Assembly: GCA_038150265.1 (NCBI GenBank)
Contig: JAYOTF010000013.1
Span: forward strand, 1-64,000
Length of the DNA: 64,000 nt
Source: Deltaproteobacteria bacterium
GTDB taxonomy: Bacteria; SAR324; NAC60-12
Direction of reading: 5' to 3'
Positions 20,127 to 29,348 of the stretch are shown here, piece by piece (the first letter of the stretch is position 1; each line of letters opens with the position of its first letter). The notes under the pieces were generated by a model. That model had not been told where the DNA came from, made no database searches, and saw only the letters and a program-made list of their open reading frames with translations. A program made the translations under genes and the position numbers.

Positions 20127-20146
20127 TGCGCCCGAATTCGGGCGCA
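20127..20146. terminator. Palindromic hairpin between convergent genes
   Basis: Perfect palindrome tgcgcccgaattcgggcgca followed by a pyrimidine-rich tract. Confidence 0.65.
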
Positions 20147-20169
20147 TTTGCCTTCCTGTTCCGCTTTCC

Positions 20170-20367
20170 CTAGACGAACTCTCCGTCCAACTCGGCTTCC
20201 CAGTCCGAGTCTTCCAGGTTCAGCATGCCGCCGCCCAGATTGACCCGCCGACGGGTGTCTTCGGAGTTGGTGGAGTCCAAACGCGTGATGGTGCCTCCGC
20301 GCTGAAGGAATTCAGCCACGGCCTGGTCCAATTCGTTTCGGGTGATTTCGGGTTCGCGCTGTTGCAT
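20170..20367 (-). CDS. Small protein with SutA-like RNAP-binding motif
   Basis: RNELDQAVAEFLQRGGTITRL resembles the xxEFLxRGGxI core of SutA; acidic tail. Confidence 0.7.
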   Translation of the reverse strand: MQQREPEITRNELDQAVAEFLQRGGTITRLDSTNSEDTRRRVNLGGGMLNLEDSDWEAELDGEFV

Positions 20368-20487
20368 GCGAGCAAACTGAGGAGAGGGAAGTGGTTTCAC
20401 GAGAAGACCTTGAATGAGGAAAACCAAAAATTATCGGATGACTTGATGGAGGTGTCAACCTAAATTCAAGGGCTCTCGTGAAAATTC

Positions 20488-21543
20488 TCAGGACCGGTCC
20501 AGGGGGTGCCGGAAGTGAGCAGGCGGGAATTCCTCCAGTCCGGAGATGTTGGGGTACTCCTTCTCGACCCACTCAAGGGGGTAGCCGTGCTTGAGGCGTC
20601 CCACTTCATCCAGGCGTTCCCAGTGTTCCTGAGGCAGGTTCCACTCGGCGACAGCCAGGGAGTCCTGCACATGCTCCACCGTCCGGGGGCCAATGATCAC
20701 GGAGCTGATGCGCTTGTCGCCAAAGAGCCACGCCAGCGCCACCTGTCCGGGGGTCTTCCCCACGGCCTCGGCGACCTCCTTGAGGGCCTCGACGATGTCA
20801 AACGCCTGGTCGCTGTAGTAGCGGGGAATGTCCACGTTCTTGCGGAACGAGATGCGCGAGCCTTCCGGGGGCTCGGCGTTGCGTTCGTACTTGCCACTGA
20901 GGAAGCCACTGGCGAGCGGGCTCCAGCAGAGCATCCCCAGCCCCTGATCGGCACAGGCGGGAAGGATCTCGCGCTCAATGTCCCGGCGCACCAGGTTGTA
21001 CAGGTGCTGGGCGCTGATGAGGCGAGCCCAGCCGTAGCGCTCAGAAAGGGCGTTGGCCTTGACGATCTGCCAGCCGTAGTAGTTGCTGCACCCGATGTAG
21101 CGCACCTTCCCGGCGCGGACGAGGTCGTCGAGCGCCCGCATGGTTTCTTCCATCGGGGTGAACCAGTCCGGACCATGAATCTGGTAGAGGTCCACGTAGT
21201 CCGTGCCCAGCCGCTGCAAGCTGGCGTCCAGGGCTTCCACAAGGTGCTTGCGGGAAACGCCCTTGGCGTTGGCGCCGGAACCCATCCGAAACCACCCCTT
21301 GGTGGCCACCACCAGATCGTCTCGTTTGTGGTGCGCGATCGCCTTCCCCAGCATGGTCTCAGACATCCCGGCGCTGTACATGTCCGCTGTGTCCAGAAAG
21401 TTCCCTCCGGCTTCCACAAACTTGTCCACAATCTGAGTCGCGGCGTCCTGGTCGCATCCCCAGTTCTTCATCCCAAAGGTCATGGTGCCCAAGCAGATCC
21501 GCGAAACCAGGAGTCCTGAGCGTCCTAAGTACCGATAGTGCAT
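20488..21543 (-). CDS. Aldo/keto reductase
   Basis: LGRSGLLVSRICLGTMTFG, DTADMY, LGTDYVDLYQIH, GKVRYIGCSN, WSPLASG. Confidence 0.95.
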   Translation of the reverse strand: MHYRYLGRSGLLVSRICLGTMTFGMKNWGCDQDAATQIVDKFVEAGGNFLDTADMYSAGMSETMLGKAIAHHKRDDLVVATKGWFRMGSGANAKGVSRKHLVEALDASLQRLGTDYVDLYQIHGPDWFTPMEETMRALDDLVRAGKVRYIGCSNYYGWQIVKANALSERYGWARLISAQHLYNLVRRDIEREILPACADQGLGMLCWSPLASGFLSGKYERNAEPPEGSRISFRKNVDIPRYYSDQAFDIVEALKEVAEAVGKTPGQVALAWLFGDKRISSVIIGPRTVEHVQDSLAVAEWNLPQEHWERLDEVGRLKHGYPLEWVEKEYPNISGLEEFPPAHFRHPLDRS

Positions 21544-21766
21544 GTGTGGCCTTCTCTTCCATCGTTAAAGGGTGATTCAGCAACGGTGCTGGAGTGAGTG
21601 TTTGCGTAGCATGACCGAGAGTGCACCGGAGGTCAATCTTTCATTTGGGCCCGGAATTTTGGGAAAAACGGTTTTTCCACAATCCACCGGAGCTGGGCAC
21701 TTGATCTTTTCCTGAAAAGGATCCAGATTTCCTCAAATCGGAAAGACCCCCTGATGGTGAAGCCTC

Positions 21767-23296
21767 ATGTCTCCAACACCGACCGCTGCTCCAGCCTCCA
21801 CAAATGACTTCATTGGCGCCGAGATCTCCAGGCTCGGGAAGAGCAAACCCTCGCTGAAGGCGCTCTTTTCGCTGGTGGAATTTTCGGGCACGCCGGTCAT
21901 GATCACCCGCCTGAGTGACGGAGAGGTGCTGTATGCGAATACGGCCATGGAGGAGCTGGCGCAGACGACGCGGACGGAGCTGATTGGGCGCATGGCCCCC
22001 AGCCTGTACCAGCGGGAAGAAGACCGCGCCCCCCTTGTGGAAAAGCTCTATGCGGAAGGACGGGTCCGGAACTACCGAATTGATGTGCGAGGGGTCCAGG
22101 GGCGGGAGTTCACGGTGCTGTGCAACGCGGAAATAGTGGACTACCTTGGCGAGCAGGCCATCCTCAACACGTACCTGGACGTGACGGAGGTCCAGCGTGA
22201 GCTGCTCCGCCAGCAGCAGTTTCACCTCCTGACGGCGTCGTTTTTGGGCGTTGGGTACGGAACCTACCACCTCGAAACGGGGACCATGACGGTGGATGCC
22301 AGCGTTCAGGAACTGCTGGAGCTGGGGCCCGAGGAGTCGTTTTCGCTGCCGTGCTTCCTGAAGCGCATTCCGGAGGCAAACCGGGAGTTTGTGACCCAGC
22401 GGGTGGAGCAGGCCTTTGAGCAGCTCAAGTCTGGAACGCGTACCCAGGAGGAGTACCTCCTGCACCTGCCCAGCGGTCAACAGCGCATTGTCCGCATCAG
22501 CTCCCTGCCCTTCCAGGATTCCGAAAAATGGGTGGTGCACTTCTTCCAGGACATCACGGAGCGGGAGCTGCTGCGTCGCAAGTCTCGGCAGCAGGAGCGG
22601 CTTTCCTCACTGGGGCAGCTCACCGCTGAAATCGTTCACGACCTGCGCTCTCCGCTGGCTTCCATTGCGCTCAACACCGAGGCCCTGTACCGTCTGGCCC
22701 GTCAGGCCTCGCCGGCCAAGGCCCAGTGGCTTTATGAAAACTCGATGCAGTCCGTCCAGCGGGCATCAGACCTGATGAACCGGACCCTGGAGCAGACACG
22801 CCAGGGCGAGGTCAAGGTGGCGGTGAAGTTGAGTCAGGAAGTGAAGCGGGTCCTGGAGTCCCTCCAGACCTTTTTGCTGAAGCGCCGGATTTCAGTCAGC
22901 ACTCAGCTGGTGGGCATGACAGAAGAGACGGAGCCGGAACTGGAGGTCAACCCGTTGTTGCTACAGCAGTGTCTGCAGAACCTCATCACGAACGCGGTGC
23001 AGGCGACGGTCCCCGTCATCAACACGGGAATTCCTCCGGCGCAGGTGCCCATTGAGCTGCTCCTGAGTCCGCACAAGGGGTTCATGAAGCTGGAGGTTCT
23101 GGATTGCGGAGTGGGCATTCCAAAGGCGGATTTGCCTCACATCTTTGATGAGTTCTTCACCACTCAAGAAGGCGGAAACGGCATTGGCCTGGCGCTGTCT
23201 CGGAGGATTGCTGAAGAACACGGTGGGCACCTCGATGCGCTCAATCGCAGCGACCGCACCGGCGCCCGGTTGGTCCTGCAGCTTCCTCTCGCCTAG
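21767..23296 (+). CDS. Soluble PAS-domain sensor histidine kinase
   Basis: H-box EIVHDLRSPL, N-box NLITNA, DCGVGI, FFTT, GIGL; N-terminal PAS-like segments, no TM helix. Confidence 0.9.
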   Translation: MSPTPTAAPASTNDFIGAEISRLGKSKPSLKALFSLVEFSGTPVMITRLSDGEVLYANTAMEELAQTTRTELIGRMAPSLYQREEDRAPLVEKLYAEGRVRNYRIDVRGVQGREFTVLCNAEIVDYLGEQAILNTYLDVTEVQRELLRQQQFHLLTASFLGVGYGTYHLETGTMTVDASVQELLELGPEESFSLPCFLKRIPEANREFVTQRVEQAFEQLKSGTRTQEEYLLHLPSGQQRIVRISSLPFQDSEKWVVHFFQDITERELLRRKSRQQERLSSLGQLTAEIVHDLRSPLASIALNTEALYRLARQASPAKAQWLYENSMQSVQRASDLMNRTLEQTRQGEVKVAVKLSQEVKRVLESLQTFLLKRRISVSTQLVGMTEETEPELEVNPLLLQQCLQNLITNAVQATVPVINTGIPPAQVPIELLLSPHKGFMKLEVLDCGVGIPKADLPHIFDEFFTTQEGGNGIGLALSRRIAEEHGGHLDALNRSDRTGARLVLQLPLA

Positions 23297-23330
23297 ACGC
23301 TCCGGCCCCCTGCCCCTGGACCCGGAAGCC

Positions 23331-24182
23331 CTAACCTTCAGCGACAAAACGCTGAAAGGCTTCGGCATAGTCCGGATGCCAGCGAGAAAGCGGAGGCCGG
23401 TTTTCGATCAGATCCCCCATTGCCCACGCCATCCGCTTTTCATCCAATTCCCGAGTCACGTCATTGTCCGGACAGAGGATGTAGAAGTCCCCGGCTTCCA
23501 GGCGTGCCATGAGGAAGTCTGCCGTTTGTTCCGGAGTCCAGGCGCCCGCCGGTTTTTCGGTGCGGCCGTTTCGCGTGAGGTCGGTGAAGACAAACCCGGG
23601 AATGAGCAGGTGCGCCGTCAGCTGGTGCCGGGCGGTGTTGCGGAGTTCATGAGCAAGGGCCTCGGTGAAGGTCTTCACTCCGCTCTTGCTGACGTTGTAG
23701 GCGGGGTCTCCGGGAGGAGTCGTGATGCCTTGCTTGGAGCCCGTATTGATGATGAGGCCCGGGCGTGCCCGCTCAATCATGCGGGGCAGGAAGACCTGAG
23801 TGCCATGGACCACGCCGCCCAGGTTGACTCCAAGGATGCGGAGCCAGTTTTCCGGATCTTCGAGGAGGGTGCTGCCAGGCTGGGTCCCGGCGTTGTTCAT
23901 GAGGACATCGGTGCCTCCCCAGCGGTCGGCGATTTCGACTTCCAGATCAATCAAGGCGTGCCGGTTGGAAACGTCCACCGTCCGGGTCAGCACTTCTGAG
24001 GCGCCTGCTTGCCGGACCTGTTCGGCGGCGTTTTCCAGCTGCGGCGCCCGGAGGTCCACCAGCACGATCTTCATGCCAAAGGCCGCGAATTTCCGGGCGG
24101 CAGCGAGTCCAATTCCAGCGGCGCCTCCGGTGACAACAGCAACGGAATGCTCCGTAAAGGCGGGGTGCGTCATGAGTTCCAT
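23331..24182 (-). CDS. Short-chain dehydrogenase/reductase
   Basis: TGGAAGIG, NNAG, YNVSK. Confidence 0.92.
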   Translation of the reverse strand: MELMTHPAFTEHSVAVVTGGAAGIGLAAARKFAAFGMKIVLVDLRAPQLENAAEQVRQAGASEVLTRTVDVSNRHALIDLEVEIADRWGGTDVLMNNAGTQPGSTLLEDPENWLRILGVNLGGVVHGTQVFLPRMIERARPGLIINTGSKQGITTPPGDPAYNVSKSGVKTFTEALAHELRNTARHQLTAHLLIPGFVFTDLTRNGRTEKPAGAWTPEQTADFLMARLEAGDFYILCPDNDVTRELDEKRMAWAMGDLIENRPPLSRWHPDYAEAFQRFVAEG

Positions 24183-24234
24183 CTCCTAGGGGGTGAGCAA
24201 GGGAGCCGAGGCCCAGCGGCTGGCTCGGGGGCCG

Positions 24235-24846
24235 TCAGAGGGTCCGTAAGCAGTAGACCACCCGGCCAATGACCGAAATTGAGGTGGTGGTGGACGCGTC
24301 AAAGACCATCTCCTGGTAAGCCGGATTTTCGGAAATCACCCGCAGGGTCTGGGTGTCGGCCTTCCACTGGGTCTTTTTGAAGAAGACCATCCCCTCCACA
24401 TTGAGGACGTAGTAGCCGTCCCCGGGCTTCTGCTTGGTCCGGTCCAGAATGATCAGGTCGCCGGAGCGGGCAACGGGCTCCATGGAGTCCCCTTCGATGC
24501 GCAGGCCCGAGAGCGAGTGGGGCGCCACCCGCAGCTTTTGCTCAATCCAGGCGCTTGGAAGCGGAACCTGCTCCACGACGGCGCACTCGTCCAGGCTGAA
24601 GGCGCCACTTCCAGCAGAGGCCGCGACATCGTAAATCGGGATCATCCGAATGGACGCGGACTCTTCGGCCCGTTGCTCCGGACCATAGAGCAGTTGCTCC
24701 AGCAGCAGGGAGGTCGCCTTGTCAATGGGGGCCCGCCCATTCATCCAACGGCTGATCGTGACCCGGTTCCGTCCGATGCGTTGAGCCAGCTCATCCTGAG
24801 TCCAACTGAGTTCAATCAGGCGTTTCTTGATCTGTTCCGGACGCAT
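24235..24846 (-). CDS. XRE/Cro-CI HTH repressor with S24 peptidase domain
   Basis: WTQDELAQRIGRNRVTISRW HTH; ASAG cleavage site; GDSMEP serine; FFKK lysine; ISENPAY. Confidence 0.92.
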   Translation of the reverse strand: MRPEQIKKRLIELSWTQDELAQRIGRNRVTISRWMNGRAPIDKATSLLLEQLLYGPEQRAEESASIRMIPIYDVAASAGSGAFSLDECAVVEQVPLPSAWIEQKLRVAPHSLSGLRIEGDSMEPVARSGDLIILDRTKQKPGDGYYVLNVEGMVFFKKTQWKADTQTLRVISENPAYQEMVFDASTTTSISVIGRVVYCLRTL

Positions 24847-24867
24847 GGCGGCTTCGTAAATTATCGT

Positions 24868-24897
24868 ATTGACTCAATGTTAACTTAAAGCTACAGT
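24868..24897 (+). promoter_or_regulatory. sigma70-type promoter overlapped by a palindromic operator candidate
   Basis: TTGACT-N17-TACAGT (24869-24897); palindrome ATTGACTCAAT 24868-24878 on the -35. Confidence 0.7.
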
Positions 24898-25046
24898 GGC
24901 GTCGCTTTTTGTTTCATGGCTGTTCAATCTAGCACAGATCCACAGGAGTACAAGGAGCAACGTGGGCCCTAGGTCCCGATGAATAAACCGGCCGTTTGGG
25001 CCTAGTTGGAAACCGTTTCGTGGAAGACTCGACCAGAAAGGATCCG

Positions 25047-25196
25047 ATGATTCGAAGTGAAGTCATTTTAAGGGCGCTCCGAGAAAGCCGCAACCAGCGC
25101 AACCAGCTGGCTGAGATCGGCCGAGCAACCGGACTGAAGGGCTGGTGGCTGCGCCTGGTCCACTCACGCCGCCTGAGCACCTCTGATTTTTCCTGA
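25047..25196 (+). CDS. Small basic 49-aa protein divergent from the repressor
   Basis: AAAGGA RBS before ATG 25047; MIRSEVILRALRESRNQRNQLAEIGRATGLKGWWLRLVHSRRLSTSDFS. Confidence 0.55.
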   Translation: MIRSEVILRALRESRNQRNQLAEIGRATGLKGWWLRLVHSRRLSTSDFS

Positions 25197-25431
25197 GGCT
25201 CCTCCTCCTCCTTGAGGACGGGTCGGGCCACGGTTGTGGCAAGGCTGGTCCTCGACCCTACAGGGGCTTGTTCTCCGGGCTCCTCAATTCCTGAGTTCTT
25301 GCTTTCGCATGGGCCTCTTCCGGAAAACCTGCTAAGCTGTTGGGCTTGGCAGAAACCGTTGATCATGCCCTCCCGTCAAGCGCTTGCCCCTTCCGGGAAG
25401 CCAGAGCAGGGCAGCACCTGAAGAGAAACCT

Positions 25432-26274
25432 GTGTCAGAAGCAATCGATCTTTTTTGGGCCGAACACTCAGCCACACTGATGAGTGTCGGGTACAAGGCG
25501 TTCCTCAGCCTCATCATCCTGGTGGTGAGCCTGTTGGTGGGCAGAGGCGTGAAGCAGTTCATCCGAGGCGCCAACCATGGCCTGGCGCGGGTGGACGCCA
25601 CGCTGGTTCCTGTGCTGGGAACCACGGCCGCCTACGCGGTTTACACGATCGGGGCCGTGTTCATCCTCGACATCTTTGGGGTGAACACTGCCAGCCTGAT
25701 TACCCTGCTGGGGGCTGCAGGGCTGGCGATTGGGCTCGCCTTGAAGGACACCCTGAGCAACATTGCAGCCGGCATCATGCTGCTGGTGCTCCGTCCCTTC
25801 CGGACGGGGGATTTTGTGGAATGCGGGTCCCTTACGGGCTCGGTCAAGGAGATCAACCTGTTCACGACTGTTCTGGAAACAGCAGATGGGCTCTATGTGG
25901 CCTCGCCCAACAGCCTGGTCTGGGGCAGCACCATCACCAACTTTACCCGGAACGGCAAGCGCCGCATGGACCTGGTGGTGGGCATTGCGTACTCCGATTC
26001 CATTGAGGCCGGCCTTCAGGTGCTTCAGCACATTGCCGACACGGAGCCACGTTTCCTCCAGGACCCACTGCCTCAGGTGATGGTGCAGTCGCTTGGAGAC
26101 AGCTCCGTGAATCTGCAGCTCCGGGGGTGGGCGTCAACGGAGGATTACTGGAAGGCGTGGTGGGACCTGAACCGGAGGGTCAAGGAAGAAATTGAGCAGG
26201 CCGGCCTGACGATTCCCTTTCCGCAGCGAGAGTTGCACCTGCCGGCAGGCTGGAATCCGGGAGCACCTCAGTAA
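25432..26274 (+). CDS. mscS: Small-conductance mechanosensitive channel
   Basis: GAAGLAIGLALKDTLSNIAAG, PFRTGD, IPFPQRELH; GTG start at 25432. Confidence 0.93.
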   Translation: MSEAIDLFWAEHSATLMSVGYKAFLSLIILVVSLLVGRGVKQFIRGANHGLARVDATLVPVLGTTAAYAVYTIGAVFILDIFGVNTASLITLLGAAGLAIGLALKDTLSNIAAGIMLLVLRPFRTGDFVECGSLTGSVKEINLFTTVLETADGLYVASPNSLVWGSTITNFTRNGKRRMDLVVGIAYSDSIEAGLQVLQHIADTEPRFLQDPLPQVMVQSLGDSSVNLQLRGWASTEDYWKAWWDLNRRVKEEIEQAGLTIPFPQRELHLPAGWNPGAPQ

Positions 26275-26287
26275 CCGGGCGCTCCGG

Positions 26288-27637
26288 TTACGCGCGAGAG
26301 GTCTGTTCCGGAAGGATGCCCCGGGGACGGAAGCGCAGAACCAGCAGCAGCAGCAGGCCCATGACGACCATCCGCATGTGGGGGGCTGCCTCGAGGAGGT
26401 GCTGGCGCAGGGGGCTGCTTTCTTCCAGGGTGCTGGCAATGCCTCCCATCGCCCAGAGGCCAACGGGCTCGGCTTCGACCCAGAAGAACCAGGTGATGAA
26501 GCCTCCGATGACGGCTCCCAGGTTGGAGCCACTGCCCCCAATGATCACCATCACCCAAATCAGGAAGGTGTAGCGAAGCGGGTTGTATCCTCCGGGGGTG
26601 AACTGTCCATCCAGTGTGGTGAGCATGGCCCCGGCAATGCCAATGACGGCTGAGCCGATGATGAACACTTCACGGTGCCGGCGGACCACATCCTTGCCCA
26701 TGGCGGACGCGGCGACTTCGTTGTCTCGAATGGCCCGCATCATCCGGCCCCAGGGCGAGTTGAGCGCCTGAACCGCCAGCCCGAGGATGACGAGCAGCAC
26801 AACCAGGAACAGCCCGGAGTAGCACAGCTTCACAAACACGCCGGAGGCGGTGACCAGCGCTTCCGAGAGCGCTTCCGGATCCTCGATTCCCTGCCACCAC
26901 GACACCAGCGACGCAAACCACTCGGCCTGCTGCAGGTCCAGTTCGTAGGGGACGGGCCGGTCCAGTCCGGAAACGTTCTTCACCCCTCGGGTCAGCCAGT
27001 CCTCGTTTTTCAGCACCGAGATGACAATTTCAGAAATGCCAAGGGTGGCAATCGCAAAGTAATCCGAGCGGAGGCCCAGGGCAATGCGTCCCACCAGCCA
27101 GGCCAGTGCAGCGGCAACGAGTCCCCCAGCCAGCCACGACGTGAGGATCGGGAGGCCCAGGCCACCGAGGAAGCCGGTTTTTCCCGGGTCCACGCGCTCA
27201 ATGGCACGGACCGCTTCATCAAAGAAACTGCGGATGAACCAAAGCCCAAGGAGCAGAACCACGGTGACCCCCAGGTTCCGGACCCGACCGGCTGGAATCT
27301 GACGACGCACCAGCCAGACGCCGAAAAGGGTCGCCAGCACCCCCACCACGCTGAGGACCAATCCGGTGGCTCCCACGGACCACGCCTCACCGACCGGAGA
27401 GTAGGAAACCAACACGGCGGTGGCGCCTCCCACTGCAGTTGAGGCCATGACTCCGGCGTTGAAGAGCCCGGCATAGCCCCACTGAATGTTGAGTCCAAGC
27501 GCCGTGAGCGCCGAGATGAAGCAGAGGTTGAGGATGGCCAGGGCCACGTTCCACGACTGGGCCATGCCCACCCAAACCAGCAGCAGGCCCATCAGGGTGA
27601 AGCTGACCCAGGCGCGGGCGCGGTCATGCCTCATCAT
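26288..27637 (-). CDS. livM: Branched-chain amino acid ABC permease LivM
   Basis: GLNIQWGYAGLFN, LRSDYFAIATLG, WGRMMRAIRDNE, IIGGSG; start overlaps the livH stop. Confidence 0.9.
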   Translation of the reverse strand: MMRHDRARAWVSFTLMGLLLVWVGMAQSWNVALAILNLCFISALTALGLNIQWGYAGLFNAGVMASTAVGGATAVLVSYSPVGEAWSVGATGLVLSVVGVLATLFGVWLVRRQIPAGRVRNLGVTVVLLLGLWFIRSFFDEAVRAIERVDPGKTGFLGGLGLPILTSWLAGGLVAAALAWLVGRIALGLRSDYFAIATLGISEIVISVLKNEDWLTRGVKNVSGLDRPVPYELDLQQAEWFASLVSWWQGIEDPEALSEALVTASGVFVKLCYSGLFLVVLLVILGLAVQALNSPWGRMMRAIRDNEVAASAMGKDVVRRHREVFIIGSAVIGIAGAMLTTLDGQFTPGGYNPLRYTFLIWVMVIIGGSGSNLGAVIGGFITWFFWVEAEPVGLWAMGGIASTLEESSPLRQHLLEAAPHMRMVVMGLLLLLVLRFRPRGILPEQTSRA

Positions 27638-28644
27638 AAGACCCTCCCCCGCAGCAGTCCGGTGGGACGGATCAGCAGCACCACGACCAGGATGATGAAG
27701 GAGACGGCAAACTTGTACTCGGTGGACAGAAACTGAACGAGCCCCTCCGGCGCCCATGCTTCCGGCACCAGGTACCCGAGGAACTTCTTGTAGGCGTAGG
27801 TGGCCATCACTTCGGAGAAGGCGACAACGAAGCCGCCGAGGATGGCCCCGATGGGCTCTCCGATGCCTCCGACAATGGCGGCGGCAAAGATGGGCAGGAG
27901 GAGGTGGAAGTAGACGAGTGGCTTGTAGCTCTTGTCGAGTCCGTAGAGGACCGCAGCGAGGGTGGCCAGCACGGAGGCAATGGCCCACGCCGTCATGACG
28001 ACGCGCTCCGGATTGATTCCCGACAGCAGGGCCAGGTCTTCATTGTCTGAAAAGGCTCGCATGGCCTGCCCCATCCGCGTCTTCTGCAAAAACCAGAACA
28101 GCGCCAGCACCGCGACCAGGGCCAGGAGGACGGTCAGGACCTGGTTCTGCTTGATCACCAGAGCCTCGCCGAGGCCAGTCATCTGCTTGAACTCCCGGGC
28201 CTTGATGAGGAACTTGTTTCCGTCGGAAAAGACGATTTCATCGGTGCCAATGAGCAACCGGACGAGGCCGTTCATGACAAACATCACCCCGACCGAGGCG
28301 ATGACCAGAATGACCGGCTTGGCCTTGCGCTGGCGGTAAAAGCGGAACACGCCACGCTCAACCCCCAGCGAAAAGAGGATGGTGGCCACCATGCCCAGCG
28401 GAAGCGCCAGCAGGGCGGTGGGAAGGGGGTCGATGCTCAGGCCAAGGGACTGAAACCACCAGGTGACGTAGATCGTGACCATGCCCCCGAAGGCCATCAG
28501 CTCGCCGTGAGCAAAGTTGGCAAAGCGGAGGATGCCGAAAATCAGGGTGACCCCCACCGCTCCCAACGCGAGCTGAGCCCCGTAGGAGAGGGCCGGGATG
28601 AAGACAAAGTTGGCAAACAGCACCAGGGCGTTGAGCAGTTCCAT
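27634..28644 (-). CDS. livH: Branched-chain amino acid ABC permease LivH
   Basis: GVTLIFGILRFANFAHGE, TRMGQAMRA, IVGGIG, RPTGL. Confidence 0.92.
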   Translation of the reverse strand: MELLNALVLFANFVFIPALSYGAQLALGAVGVTLIFGILRFANFAHGELMAFGGMVTIYVTWWFQSLGLSIDPLPTALLALPLGMVATILFSLGVERGVFRFYRQRKAKPVILVIASVGVMFVMNGLVRLLIGTDEIVFSDGNKFLIKAREFKQMTGLGEALVIKQNQVLTVLLALVAVLALFWFLQKTRMGQAMRAFSDNEDLALLSGINPERVVMTAWAIASVLATLAAVLYGLDKSYKPLVYFHLLLPIFAAAIVGGIGEPIGAILGGFVVAFSEVMATYAYKKFLGYLVPEAWAPEGLVQFLSTEYKFAVSFIILVVVLLIRPTGLLRGRVL

Positions 28645-29348
28645 CAGCCTCCGAGAAAGGTGCGGCGGACCTCCGGGTCAGCGAGCAGCGCCGCGCCGGT
28701 GTCCGTGAAGCGGTTCTCTCCGGTGACCAGCACATACCCCCGATCAGCAATTTCCAGCGCCTGCCGAGCGTTCTGTTCCACCATGAGGACGGCAATTCCC
28801 GCTTGCTTGACCTCAAGGATGCGGTCGAAGAGTTCGTCCATGACAATCGGCGAGACGCCAGCAGTCGGTTCATCAAGCAGCAGCACCTGCGGGCGGGTCA
28901 TCAAGGCGCGCCCCACCGCCACCTGCTGACGTTGCCCGCCAGACAGCTCGCCAGCCGCCTGGTGCTGCTTTTCCCGGAGGATGGGGAAGAGCCCATAGAC
29001 CTGCTCCATGGTTTCCTCAATGCCGTCCCGACGCAGGTGGGCGCCAATCTTGAGGTTCTCCTCAACCGTCATGGAGGGGAACACGTTTTGAGTCTGTGGC
29101 ACAAAGGCCAGGCCGTGCTTGACGCGTTCCTGGGGAGACAGGCGGCTGATGTCGGTGCCGTTGAGGAGAACGCGTCCCTTGCGGAGACGGAGCAGGCCCA
29201 GCAGGGCCTTCATGGCCGTGGACTTTCCGGCACCGTTGGGGCCCACAATGACCGCGACTTCGCCCTGATCCACGCCAACGGTGCAGCCGTTGAGGATGTC
29301 GGCAGCGCCGTAGCCCCCGACCATGGCTTCTCCGACGAGGAAGCTCAT
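28644..29348 (-). CDS. livF: ABC ATPase LivF
   Basis: GPNGAGKS, LSGGQRQ, LLLDEP, VEQNA. Confidence 0.93.
   Translation of the reverse strand: MSFLVGEAMVGGYGAADILNGCTVGVDQGEVAVIVGPNGAGKSTAMKALLGLLRLRKGRVLLNGTDISRLSPQERVKHGLAFVPQTQNVFPSMTVEENLKIGAHLRRDGIEETMEQVYGLFPILREKQHQAAGELSGGQRQQVAVGRALMTRPQVLLLDEPTAGVSPIVMDELFDRILEVKQAGIAVLMVEQNARQALEIADRGYVLVTGENRFTDTGAALLADPEVRRTFLGG

Noticed and set aside
23331..26274. Prophage around the CI-like repressor
   Set aside because: No integrase, replication or structural genes, and no att-like repeats seen
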